A DNA stretch of 64,000 bases from a virus (Duplodnaviria; Caudoviricetes), in the IMG/VR virus record IMGVR_UViG_2695421015_000002; one strand, written 5' to 3'. Position 1 is the stretch's first letter, and every line of letters starts with the position of its first letter. Below, piece by piece: positions 38,639-48,765 of this stretch. The notes beneath the pieces were generated by a model. It saw nothing but the letters and a program-made list of their open reading frames with translations, ran no database searches and was not told the DNA's origin. The position numbers and the translations under genes are program-made.

Positions 38639-39613
38639 ATGGACCGGCGGGATTTGATAGCGGGTACTGCGGCACTGCTTGTTTCGCCACGGCGTTCGTG
38701 GGCACAGGGGCCGCCTCGCCGGGTTGGCTATCTTGATACCGCGCCCCTGTACTTGCCAAACTACAAGGTGTGGCAGGACAGTATGCGCAATCATGGCTGG
38801 ATCGAAGGGAAGAACCTGATCGTTGATTACCGGTCAGCCGAGGGGCACGCCGAGCGCGTAGTGCCTTTAGCGAACGAGCTTGTCGCGCTCAAGCCCGACG
38901 TGCTCGTTGGCCCGAGCTCGCAGGAAGCCCTAGCCCTGAAATCGGCAACTGCCAGCATTCCGATTGTTTTCTTTGCTGTGGGCCACCCCGTGCGGCATGG
39001 CCTCGTCCAAAGCCTGCCGCGTCCCGGCGGCAACGTAACGGGTCTGTCAACCATCGTACCGGGAAATTTCGTCAGCAAATGGATACAAATCCTGCGGGAG
39101 ACGGTTCCTGCCGCCTCAAAAATTGCGGTCGTGGTCAACCCGCACAATGCAGATCACAGGTTGGACGTAACCGAGGAGTTGCCCGAAATTGCCCGGAAGC
39201 TGGGCGTGACTTTCCAAGTACTGGAGGCGACCACGGTGGAGGAACTCGACATTGCCTTTGCCTCGGCCGCAGCCCAGCACGCCGATGCAATTCTTCCTAT
39301 TGGCGATGCATTGACCGTTAATCACGTCACACGAGTTACCGCGCTGGCGGCGGAGCATCGTCTGCCCGCGGTCTACGGCTTCCGACTGTTCACCACCAAT
39401 GGCGGTTTGGTTTCATACGGTGCCGATATAACCGATCTGCTCCGCCGTGCAGGCGACTACGTCGATAAAATTCTCAAAGGCACCAAGCCTGCCGATCTGC
39501 CAGTCGAGCAGCCGACCAAGTTCGATCTGGTGATCAACCTCAAGGCCGCAAAGGCGCTTGGCCTCGAAATACCTGCCTCATTGCTCGCCCGCGCCGACGA
39601 GGTGATCGAATAA
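38639..39613 (+). CDS. ABC transporter substrate-binding protein (ABC_sub_bind family)
   Basis: Tat-like MDRRDL; SLPRPGGNVTG; GGLVSYG; KILKGTKPADLPVEQPTKF...ADEVIE. Confidence 0.9.
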   Translation: MDRRDLIAGTAALLVSPRRSWAQGPPRRVGYLDTAPLYLPNYKVWQDSMRNHGWIEGKNLIVDYRSAEGHAERVVPLANELVALKPDVLVGPSSQEALALKSATASIPIVFFAVGHPVRHGLVQSLPRPGGNVTGLSTIVPGNFVSKWIQILRETVPAASKIAVVVNPHNADHRLDVTEELPEIARKLGVTFQVLEATTVEELDIAFASAAAQHADAILPIGDALTVNHVTRVTALAAEHRLPAVYGFRLFTTNGGLVSYGADITDLLRRAGDYVDKILKGTKPADLPVEQPTKFDLVINLKAAKALGLEIPASLLARADEVIE

Positions 39614-39620
39614 GGTGGCC

Positions 39621-39740
39621 TACTTCCGCTGTTGGCACTTTTCCGACATGCCGGAGCGGTCTGACTATGTCCGTTCCTCGGGGCAGACCGGAAGTGGCCG
39701 AACCACGGTCGAAAACGACGCGATTGACCCCAAAGCGGGG
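39621..39740. repeat. Palindromic repeat cluster after the ABC-SBP gene
   Basis: ACTTCCGC..TGGCAC; ATGTCCG...CCGGAAGT; TGACCC-N4-GCGG. Confidence 0.55.
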
Positions 39741-39759
39741 CTTCGCCATTCGCGTTAAT

Positions 39760-39981
39760 TTACGCGGCGCGTTCCTTGTCTGACTGTTCCTCGACGGTGG
39801 TCGCGGTTTCTTCCAACCCCTTTTCGTAATTGCCCGCGAACCTCTCGATACTGTCGGCCCACATCCTCAGCATTGAGACTTGAAAGTGCATAATTGGCTT
39901 CAAGGCATTCATGCCGATTGCTGTCGCTGCGGTGATGCGCTCTTGGGGGTCGCGCGCGAAACGGTTTGCGTTGTCTGCCAT
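39760..39981 (-). CDS. Small phasin-like hypothetical protein
   Basis: GGGAG RBS; amphipathic helix. Confidence 0.55.
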   Translation of the reverse strand: MADNANRFARDPQERITAATAIGMNALKPIMHFQVSMLRMWADSIERFAGNYEKGLEETATTVEEQSDKERAA

Positions 39982-40372
39982 GCTGTTTGCTCCCTCGCTC
40001 TGGTGTTACGGCCTAAAGCTAAGTGCCGGGTTGTACACTGCGTGAATCTAGACACCGGGCCAAAGCTTGATCTGCCGCGAGTCTCGCACCTCGGTCGTCA
40101 TGCAATTCGTCCAGTTTTTTCAAATAATGGAGCACCAGCGGGTCAGGTGCAGCGTTTATGAAGCACGAGTGGCTTCGCTCGCCGCAGCCTGATGGGTCCC
40201 AAAACAGGGTGGGGTCTTTTGGAAGGCCAGGGGTCATTTCTTTCGCCGCGTCCGGAATTGGTGTCCTGATCATCACGAACGTTTCAAGTCGCGTGATGAC
40301 AATCGTCAGAGTCACGTCACATTCATGTGGTGGTCATAAGAGGTTCGGCTGGGCAGACGTTGGTGAAAATCA

Positions 40373-40543
40373 ATGTATTCGGACAGTCAATTTGTAGCAT
40401 TGGAAATAATGTGCCGTGAGCGGGCTACGCTCACCAAAAAGGAAATGGAACACTGGCAGGCAGAAACGGAATACTGGCTGGCGGAAGCAGAGGAATGGAG
40501 GCGATTCCGGGAATCAAAAGAAGTTCAGTGTCTAGAGGCGTAG
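40373..40543 (+). CDS. Small hypothetical protein (56 aa)
   Basis: MYSDSQFVALEIMCRERA...YWLAEAEEWRR, read by hand. Confidence 0.5.
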   Translation: MYSDSQFVALEIMCRERATLTKKEMEHWQAETEYWLAEAEEWRRFRESKEVQCLEA

Positions 40544-41687
40544 GCTGCGGCCAGTCACGCGGCCCGGCAAGATGGTAATTTGTCGGCGCGAAGCGCTCGC
40601 TACTCACGGCCGGCGCCGCGCTCCCCAATTGGTCGTAACCAGGAGCGCGCGGTACGCCGGGTCTGTGGCGTACTGGATAGCAAGATGCTTCCCGTGAAAT
40701 CACTTTCCGTTCCCGGAACGTCCTTTGGCCTCCGCCGACGGTCAGTTTTGGTTCGCTACGGAAAGAAATGATCCAGACGATGCCCGCGGCGCTCATGGCG
40801 AGGACAATGTAACCCCGCTGCCTGCACAAACCAAAATTGCCGGTCTCTCGTCATCCCGTAAAGGCCGGCACATTCAGTTTGGCGTGCCGCTCGGCGAGGT
40901 CGATGTCGTTGAACTGGTTAACACCGGAGCGGGACTGGATGACGATATTCTTCATGGGACACTCGTTTGCAGGCTGTTTGCACGAAGGCGAAAGATAATG
41001 CAAGAGCAAACTTTCGCCGCAAATCTGTGAGAGAAAAGGGGCTTCCGGAAATTCCGGGGAAAATCCCAAATAAATCCGTTTGGGCCCCGAATTTCTCCCG
41101 CTCAGGCCTATTTTCCGAAGGCCGTCCGCAGGACCTCGAAGGCCTCCCGAACGAGGGCCGAGGGGATACCACAGGACCCCAAGATCATAGCCGCGCCGGC
41201 AAGGGCGTGAGACTGATCAGGGGTAGGGGACGGGATCATTGAGCACTCGCGATAGAGTGCGTTGAGCAGTTCGAGCATCCGTTCCTCCGTTGCGTTGATT
41301 GCGAAGAAACCTCTTGAAAATCAGCACAAGTGAACGGGCCGCGGAATCGCGGGCCGCCGGACAAGCACACTCTCAAGAGGGAGAAGACAGGTAAGGCTAA
41401 GGAAGAGCTGAACTGGCCGGTGAACTGGTCACAGGGGTCAGCTACGCTTGCCTTGAGCTGGTAGTTTTCACGCAGACACAGCTGGAATTGCCTCGAAAAC
41501 GCAGGCAACACCGGATATGTCGTCGTTCGCTTCTTTCGTCTCCCTTAAAAGACAAATTGCGATTTTCACTCGCCAGAGCACGAATTTGCACCCCAAAACC
41601 ACTAAATCTAGTGCAAATCAGGTGCAAATCGGTACTCAGGTATGCAAATCGACGGGTTTGTATCGCCCGTCGATCTACATTTTGTGT

Positions 41688-41894
41688 TCAGTATTTCAGC
41701 GGCGTGTTCTGCTCGATCAGATCGTTGACCAGGAGCACGCAGTTGAAGCCGGTGGCATCCTTCTCAAGGGCTTCGGCCCACATCGATTTGAACAGAGCGA
41801 TGTCGTGGGCATCGAGAGGCTTGCGAATGAGCCGGCGAATGTCCCGGAGCTTGCGCCGGGCGGTGTTGAAGCTGGGATGCATCACCAGATCCAT
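41688..41894 (-). CDS. Phage hypothetical protein
   Basis: GGAGG RBS. Confidence 0.6.
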   Translation of the reverse strand: MDLVMHPSFNTARRKLRDIRRLIRKPLDAHDIALFKSMWAEALEKDATGFNCVLLVNDLIEQNTPLKY

Positions 41895-41961
41895 GGGTGA
41901 CCTCCACAGACATAGCCGGCGATGGCGCAGGCCAGCACGAAGCAGGCCTCGATTGACAGTC

Positions 41962-42381
41962 TCATGGCTTCCTCGTGGTCAGTCCGAAGCCACCGATGGC
42001 GATGCGCTTGGAGTAGGAGTTGATCTGGATGGCGCCGCGGGCACGACCGGAGGAGTCCTCGATCGTGAAGGTCTGGCGCCTGCGGTAGTCGGGGATCTCG
42101 CAGTCCCGATCGGTGCGTTCGGGAGCCTTGCGCTTGGCCGGACGTTCGAACCTGACCCGCGATTGAGGGGCAGGGGAGTAGATCGACTTGGGCTCGCGAT
42201 GACGCCCGATCGGATCCGGGTGGAAGTTGAGACTGTCCAGCTCCAGGTCACGCTTGAACGCCGCGTAATCGTCGGATGACTGCTGATCCGGCGTAATGGT
42301 CTCGACGTGGGTATGCGCCCTGCGGACTTTCTGCTGACGTGCCAGCTCATGGGCACGCAGAATGGCTGCGACCTTGCTCAT
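41962..42381 (-). CDS. Phage hypothetical protein
   Basis: GGAG RBS. Confidence 0.6.
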   Translation of the reverse strand: MSKVAAILRAHELARQQKVRRAHTHVETITPDQQSSDDYAAFKRDLELDSLNFHPDPIGRHREPKSIYSPAPQSRVRFERPAKRKAPERTDRDCEIPDYRRRQTFTIEDSSGRARGAIQINSYSKRIAIGGFGLTTRKP

Positions 42382-42408
42382 CGCGATATCTCCAATGGTG
42401 GGTTGGTT

Positions 42409-42768
42409 TCAGGCCGCGTTGCGGACAGGGACGAGCATGGAATCGAGGACGTCTTCCCAATCCCAGCCATCGTCGAGCAGCTGATCCACGAAGGCGCACA
42501 CTTCGATGTCGGTCATGCCGCCGGCATTGCCGTGGATGGCCAAGAGATCGTCGTTGGTGGCCTCGTCCGGCAGGTGTTCGATCATGTCCCGCAGGTTGTC
42601 GCAGATGTTGCGTTCCACGGGGGACAGGCGCAGGCCTGCGTCTTCCTCGATCCATCCGGTGTCCCAGAAGGGGCGCATGGCCGGCATGGTGATCGGGTTC
42701 ATGTTGATGGGCACGCCAGCACGACGGGCACGCGCGCCCATCTCCTCGACTTCGAGGTGGGTAAGCAT
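42409..42768 (-). CDS. Phage hypothetical protein
   Basis: GGAG RBS; acidic C-terminus. Confidence 0.6.
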   Translation of the reverse strand: MLTHLEVEEMGARARRAGVPINMNPITMPAMRPFWDTGWIEEDAGLRLSPVERNICDNLRDMIEHLPDEATNDDLLAIHGNAGGMTDIEVCAFVDQLLDDGWDWEDVLDSMLVPVRNAA

Positions 42769-42950
42769 CGATCGCTCCAGAAATAGGGGGTGGGGGTGGC
42801 TGGCCAGAGGCCGAAAATTGCCAAAATGAAAGAGGCAGGCGTGTTCTGAAATCGGCGCAAAATATCCCCCGCCCAGTGAAGGGCGAGGGTCGAGCGTGGG
42901 TGAGGATCGCCAGCGGTAGAGCCGCCGCTACCGCGCGGGGTAGGAGGGGC

Positions 42951-43694
42951 TTACGCCGCCTCCGCCATTTCCTCCGCCGGAGCAGACTCCGCCCCTAGCA
43001 TGTCATCGACTTGCGCCGCCGTGCTGGCCTTCTCATGCATCAAGCCTTGCAGCCGGGCGATTAGCTTAATCAAATCGGTATCGGCGAGCTTTTCAGCGCG
43101 GGCAAAAATCGCCTCGATTTCGTCTTTCTGCTTTGGCGCTTTGGCCGGTTCCGATAGGGCGCTGCAAAGCTTCGCAAAGCTTGCGCCGTATGTTTCCCGG
43201 ATAAAGGCCTTGAACGCCTCCGCCAAAGCGTCACCGCCCGCACCGGCCGTTTTCTTGGCCAACAAATCGCGGATGATATCGGCATGATTGACGCACACGT
43301 CTTTCATGAGGCGGAATGACCACGTTTTGAGCTTTGCCAGCCCTTCCACGAGTCGCGCGCCCTTTTCCTTTTTGTCGATGTAGTCAGAAACGGCCGACTC
43401 GCGTTCCTTGCCACGCTTGGCAAGCGCTTGGTTCAAGATATCGTCCGAGTCGCGCCACACGACTCCGCCCCGGTTAGCGTATCGTTTGAGGAAGGCGCGG
43501 AATGTGGCCTTGTTGGCCTTGTCCGTAATATCTTCCGAGCCTTCCGCACGTTCCACTTGACGGGCTGCCATCACAAGGCCAAGCGCTACCGTTGCGGTAA
43601 ACGCGGCCGAGTCATCGTCCTTGACCGCCTTGATTGCTTCCGCAATGGCGATTTCGCCAAGCGTCTTATTGGGAACCGTATTCGACATTTGCAT
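42951..43694 (-). CDS. Phage hypothetical protein (Ala-rich, helical), first gene of the leftward arm
   Basis: AAGG RBS; 247-aa open frame. Confidence 0.7.
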   Translation of the reverse strand: MQMSNTVPNKTLGEIAIAEAIKAVKDDDSAAFTATVALGLVMAARQVERAEGSEDITDKANKATFRAFLKRYANRGGVVWRDSDDILNQALAKRGKERESAVSDYIDKKEKGARLVEGLAKLKTWSFRLMKDVCVNHADIIRDLLAKKTAGAGGDALAEAFKAFIRETYGASFAKLCSALSEPAKAPKQKDEIEAIFARAEKLADTDLIKLIARLQGLMHEKASTAAQVDDMLGAESAPAEEMAEAA

Positions 43695-44199
43695 TTTACC
43701 TTTCGTCGTTTTTCCGTAGGGGCGGAGAAAATTCCGGTTTTAGACATGGCTCTCCCGTTCTCTGAAACCGCTTGGTTTCTGAGTTCCACGCGACAAGAGT
43801 CGCCTCATGAGAGTCCGGGAAATGTCTAGTCCGAAAACGCTCCGTTTGCTTTCACACAAATCACCCTAAAGGACCGCGAACCGGAATGCAAACGGAAAAA
43901 TGCAAATCGGTATTAGACTTTGGTCTAACGGAAAATCCGAAAAGGGTTTCCCGTGGTCCTTTTCGGAATACCAGAATTTTTTATGGGAACAGGGGGTATG
44001 GGTGGGGCGTCCCCCTCATACTTCGAATCACCAAAAGGCCATTTACCACCCGCCTCAAGCAACCCAGCCAAATGCCTGATCTGGCTGGCAGAAACGGGGC
44101 TGGCGTAGCCCGGCGGCCCGCGCCTGGACCAAACCTGCCTGGCCGCATGACGGCCCTCTTGGGCTTCCCTGGCCGTCCGTGAACACGCCACCCCAGATA

Positions 44200-44330
44200 A
44201 AAAAGAACCCCCTTTTCGGGGGGCCAAGTCGACGAAAGTTGCCTGTGAAAGCGGAGCCCAATTAGCACAGTCCGCCCGAAAATGCAAATAGTTGGGCAAA
44301 AAAGAACCCCCCTGATTGGGGGTCCAAGTC
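44200..44330. repeat. Two imperfect direct repeats, each containing a hairpin
   Basis: AAAAAAGAACCCCCTTTTCGGGGGGCCAAGTC and AAAAAAGAACCCCCCTGATTGGGGGTCCAAGTC. Confidence 0.65.
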
Positions 44331-44445
44331 TAAGCAAGGTTCAGTCGGTTGACCAACGGATGCGCCTGGAATGCGGTGTCTGCTTTCGCCAACTGCGGAC
44401 GTGCCGTCGCACACGTCCGGGGGAGCTATGTGCCAGAAGCTGACA

Positions 44446-44556
44446 TCACTTGATCAGCTCGTCGGGGCGAATGAGCAACGACGGCGGCATGGCGAGACCG
44501 AGCGCCTTGGCCGTCCTCATGTTGATGATAAGTACGAACTTGATTGGCCTCTGTGA
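44446..44556 (-). pseudogene. 3' fragment of an ABC_sub_bind-family gene
   Basis: Translates QRPIKFVLIINMRTAKALGLAMPPSLLIRPDELIK, similar to the end of 38639-39613. Confidence 0.6.
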
Positions 44557-44673
44557 CGGACTCTCTACCCATTCTTGGAGGAATTTGCGGGGCTCAACCA
44601 TTAGCGCCAACCCGTTGTTGCTCACCGCATTGTTCGTCTTCAGTTGAAAGAACCCAAAGCGTTCGGATAGGGC

Positions 44674-46298
44674 TTAAAATATTGTGAGTGCCAAGACTGG
44701 ATTACTCCCATCATAGCGAAGTTCTCCGCCACCAAGATTTCTTCCGTCTCGACTGAACCAGACTCGCTGTCCAAAACCGCCAGCTTGCGAAAACGCTGTC
44801 AGTATTCCGCCACCAAAAGTGCACATTGCAAGAACTGGTGATGTACCATCATAGGCCAGTTCCCCACCACCAAGATTTCTTCCGTCTCGACTGAACCAGA
44901 CTCGCTGTCCAAAACCGCCAGCTTGCGAAAACGCTGTCAGTATTCCGCCGCCATAACCGCACATCACATGAACCGGAGATGTTCCTTCGTAGCGAAGTTC
45001 CCCGCCACCAAGATTTCTTCCGTCTCGACTGAACCAGACCCGGTGCCCAGCACCACCAGCTTGCGAAAACGCCGTTAGCATTCCGCCATCATAAGCGCAC
45101 ATGGCTTGAACCGGAGATGTTCCTTCGTAGCGAAGTTCCCCGCCACCAAGATTTCTTCCGTCTCGACTAAACCAGACCCGGTGTCCAGCACCGCCAGCTT
45201 GCGAAAACGCCGTTAGCACTCCGCCATCGTAAGCAACCATTGCTCGCACAGGAGAGGTGCCATTGTAGCGCATCTCTCCAATTCCGAGACCTTCTCCATC
45301 TGGGCTGAAGTGAATGGCGTGACCATAACCACCGGTATTCGAAAACGCTGTCAAAACTCCGTTGGCGTATGGTAGCATTGCTGCTACGGGAGAACTACCC
45401 TTGTACAGAGGCCGACCGGACCCGAGCATCAATCCATCTTGACTCCAGTGCACTACATTGGAGAATCCTGTAAGTACGCTACCTCGCGTTACTGGTGAAT
45501 AAAGCCGGCTAATCGCTGTAATGTCATCGGTAGTCAACGCACGCGAACCCACGTCCTCGTCGTATGTTGCAAACATTACTGAACCCTGGACCGCGGAATG
45601 AGCCAAGCCTAAGGCGTGCCCGATTTCGTGCGTTGCGATGCTCTGAATATCAATCTGGTTAACTGCGATATTCAGCGCCCAAGGTTCTTCATTATCGAAA
45701 TGTACATCACCCGCAAATGCTCCAGGTGGCGGGTAAAACGCATGAGCGAGCACAGGGCCCTGTGGTCCATCAAATGGTGATCCATCACCGTGGTCGCGAA
45801 CTACAAACCTAACATTTATGTCGTGAGGTTGGGTATCAGCAACTTCGCGGAAAGTAAGGGGGGCACCACGGCGGCGGCCCAAGCCCCGAACGCTGCCACA
45901 AGCGCAGCTCGCGCTTGCGCGTCGGTGATCGCTCCACCAGGGAACTGGCTAATAGCGAATGTTAGGTTGGTTCTTTCCCATCTAGGCCCGGCCAGTACGT
46001 ACCTAGAATGGAAGTCGGGATCGGGCACTCCACATCGCGGCATATTTAAGAGCGCGGCGGTCCCAGCATCGGTTTCGCCTGTTTCCGCGAGACGGTGGCG
46101 CTTCTGAAATTTGCGGAGAGCGCGCTCCGTCTCGTCAGAGAAGTCGTTAGTTACCACTGCAGTGCTTGAATGCAGATCGACTCCGTCAGGACTTGTCGGT
46201 GAAGCGTATCCAAACCTGGAGAGGTATCGGTTCAATAGCTCAACGTCTGCGCTTTTATCGCCCTTGCGTAAACCTACCGGGATTAGCTCTCGTGCCAT
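44674..46298 (-). pseudogene. Matrixin (M10) metalloprotease with PG-binding domain and C-terminal repeats, frameshifted at a G6 run (45858-45863)
   Basis: PG-binding domain and cysteine switch PRCGVPD in one frame; LAHA, HFD, HEIGHALGLAHS and Met-turn in the other. Confidence 0.85.
44700..45260 (-). repeat. 138-bp (46-aa) tandem repeats in the protease C-terminus
   Basis: ACCAAGATTTCTTCCGTCTCGACT recurs at 44731, 44869, 45007 and 45145. Confidence 0.9.
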
Positions 46299-47233
46299 GG
46301 TACTGCTCCGCTACTCATGATGCGAGACGGACGTAAGGGTATTGCGGCGGGTGCCAGCTAAGCGCTCTCGACGGACGGTCGTTAATTGTTTTTCTGGAGA
46401 GAAGGTGCCTGATCTGCAAAACGTTGGGAGCGCTCTTTGGCGGAACAATGCGTGGCGCCCACCGGGGTTTGGATTGCAACGCATCATTGTTGATGACGCA
46501 GCCAAACTTCGGATCGGGAGCTGGAAGCTGCCGCCTATTGTCGCGGTGGCGCTGGGTAATCCCAAAACGCCTGTGACCTGATGAGCTGAGGCCGAGAGAC
46601 AACCTAGTGTGAAGAAAAGCTGCTGTGGCCGCAAGTACGTTCGGTTTCACTCGACCCTCCGCTTGCCATAGCGATGGGTATCGGCCGTGAGTAGAACTTT
46701 CCTTTGACCTAGATCAAGGGTGATAGCAAATGCATCGTCTCCGGGATGCCCGCTAATGGGTCAAACCCGGACTTCCGCCTTTGGGGGCCGCACGTCCGCT
46801 TCCGCCGAGTGCAGACATTGGTCCGCGAGGGCAGTCCGTTGGTCAAGCTGCGCAATTCTGCTTAGGGAGGAAAAGGTGACGGCCCGGCCATGGCCTGGGG
46901 GCTGGTCGGCTTCACCAAGCCGTCCCTTGTCGAGCGGCGCCACATGGCCACCGCCCTGTCGACACCCGCCATTCGCTTTTGTTTCCGTGTAATCCAGGAC
47001 AAATTTGCCGCAAAAGAGGTGCAAAGCGTATGCCAATGGGCCCCTGCGAATTGCGTATGGCCGGCGAGCGCTTCGCGCTTATCTAATCAAGGGGCGGCGG
47101 CGTTGACCCGGCATCACGATGAGGGCGTCAATGACCTGTCCCCGCTGCGAGGTAGAGACGAAACCTGTCGAGCGACTGAGCGACGGCAGGCTGGTCTACC
47201 GCTGCCGACTCTGCCGCCACCTGGTCTGGAAGA

Positions 47234-47830
47234 TCAGAACTGATCCAGGACGCGACTATAGGCAGGGTGCGAGCGGTTCTTGACCTTCACCCAGTCGCAT
47301 GTGCGGGGCCGGTATAGCCGCTCGCGGCGCTTGGAGACCAAACCCTCGAGACCCATACGGCAGGCCGCCTCGAACAGCTCAGGCCCGATCTCGCCCTGCT
47401 CGAAGGGTGCAACGAAGATGCCATCAGGCCGGCCGCGCAGGAGCTGCTCCAGGTTCGTCTTGCGCAGGTGCAGCGGCAGACCCCGCAGGTCGTCGCCGTT
47501 ATACGCCAGCAGGTCGAATGAGTATAACTGGACCTCGTGGTCGTGCTTGCGGCTGTGGAGTGCGTTGAAGTCCGAGATCCCGTCGACGCCGAGCACGACG
47601 GCTTCGCCGTCGATGATGAACTGGCTCTTGCGGATCTTCAGCGCCGTCTCGACGATCCAGGGATAGCGCTTGGTGAGATCGTTACCGCCCTTCGAGAGCA
47701 GCCGGACCTTGCTGCCGTCGCGCTCCAGGCGCAACCGGTAGCCGTCGTATTTCACCTCGTGGATCCAGTCTGGGCCGGCCGGAACAGCCTTCTTGACCGT
47801 GGGGATGCAAAACTCAATGTGCTTGGTCAT
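47234..47830 (-). CDS. ATP-dependent DNA ligase, LigD-type adenylation domain only
   Basis: EVKYDGYR, IDGE, FDLL, EGLVSK, WVKVKN. Confidence 0.88.
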   Translation of the reverse strand: MTKHIEFCIPTVKKAVPAGPDWIHEVKYDGYRLRLERDGSKVRLLSKGGNDLTKRYPWIVETALKIRKSQFIIDGEAVVLGVDGISDFNALHSRKHDHEVQLYSFDLLAYNGDDLRGLPLHLRKTNLEQLLRGRPDGIFVAPFEQGEIGPELFEAACRMGLEGLVSKRRERLYRPRTCDWVKVKNRSHPAYSRVLDQF

Positions 47831-47860
47831 GTCCGGTATTTATGCAGAGTCCGGCAGCGA

Positions 47861-48133
47861 TCAATGCCGCTTCTTGGCGTCCGTCATGCGCGCCAACTCT
47901 TTCTCGACTTCCTCGATGTCATGCTCCACATCGATGACCGGATCGAAGTCTCGTACCTCCTCAACCTTAAAATCCGGAGGCATGTCCGGTACCTTCTCCG
48001 CATCGTTATTGCATGCCGGGCAGGGCTCGCCCGGTGCTCCACAGGTGCAGGCGCGGTCGCCAAATTCCCAGGGAAGATCGGGATGGGCCTCACAGACCCA
48101 GCGAGCGCCGTCGCACCGCAGGCAGAACTTCAT
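47861..48133 (-). CDS. Small Cys-rich hypothetical protein
   Basis: CLRC..WVCEAHP...CTCGAPGEPCPAC. Confidence 0.65.
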   Translation of the reverse strand: MKFCLRCDGARWVCEAHPDLPWEFGDRACTCGAPGEPCPACNNDAEKVPDMPPDFKVEEVRDFDPVIDVEHDIEEVEKELARMTDAKKRH

Positions 48134-48483
48134 CGTTCCAGGCCGAGGAGCGGCAGCGGGAGTTGCACGCCGATCTTGCGCCCGAGATGGCTCTCGATGA
48201 AGTCCTGGATCGTCTCGGAAATCTCCAGACCCTCGCCGCCGACCCGTCGCTCCAGCTCGCGGGCGACATCCTCTGAGGCGTCCCGCGACCATCCTTCAGC
48301 CGCATTGAATGCAACCACCCGCAGCGGCTGCTCATACTGGCCCGTGAGCAGGTCGGTGATCAGCGTCGAATAGTCGATGCCCTCGTCGGTCTCGCGAAAG
48401 GCCGCGCCGCTCCTGAAGTCCTCAAGGACCAGGTAGAAGTCCTTGTCGAGCCGGTCGTTCGGGATGATTGAGGGGTACGCCAT
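48130..48483 (-). CDS. Hypothetical protein
   Basis: YLVLEDF...RVVAFNAAEGWSRDASED pattern typical of Bradyrhizobium-type mobile regions. Confidence 0.7.
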   Translation of the reverse strand: MAYPSIIPNDRLDKDFYLVLEDFRSGAAFRETDEGIDYSTLITDLLTGQYEQPLRVVAFNAAEGWSRDASEDVARELERRVGGEGLEISETIQDFIESHLGRKIGVQLPLPLLGLER

Positions 48484-48538
48484 ACGCGGAACTCCACTGC
48501 CCGAGTCCAAGATAGGCAAGCGTCGGCTTAAATGCGAA

Positions 48539-48718
48539 TCAGTCGCTGTGCTTAATGTCCGTGATTTTTCGATCGATGCACCAGACCTCGATGTCCTGCC
48601 CGTCTTTCAGTCGGAGCCGTGCCTTCTCGACCGCCTGATCGTCATCATCGGCCGCAATGTTAAAGCAACTGGTGGCATGGCCATCCTTGTCGACGTGGTA
48701 GGCGTAGTAGAATGGCAT
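48539..48718 (-). CDS. Small hypothetical protein
   Basis: YAY..DKDGH...DDDQAVEKA...DIEVW. Confidence 0.6.
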   Translation of the reverse strand: MPFYYAYHVDKDGHATSCFNIAADDDDQAVEKARLRLKDGQDIEVWCIDRKITDIKHSD

Positions 48719-48765
48719 GCTCGTGTTCCCCTGATGGGAACCAATAACAAAAATCGTCTTGGGTG

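Larger units (their letters stand above)
44349..46846. mobile_element. Transposase-free cassette bounded by about 56-bp imperfect inverted repeats
   Basis: TTGACCAACGGA-N16/17-TGTCTGC-N11-GCGGACGTGC at 44349-44404, inverted copy at 46790-46846. Confidence 0.6.

Noticed and set aside
44700-45260. Diversity-generating retroelement TR/VR pair
   Set aside because: The repeats are tandem in-frame coding units without adenine-specific variation, and no reverse transcriptase is in the window
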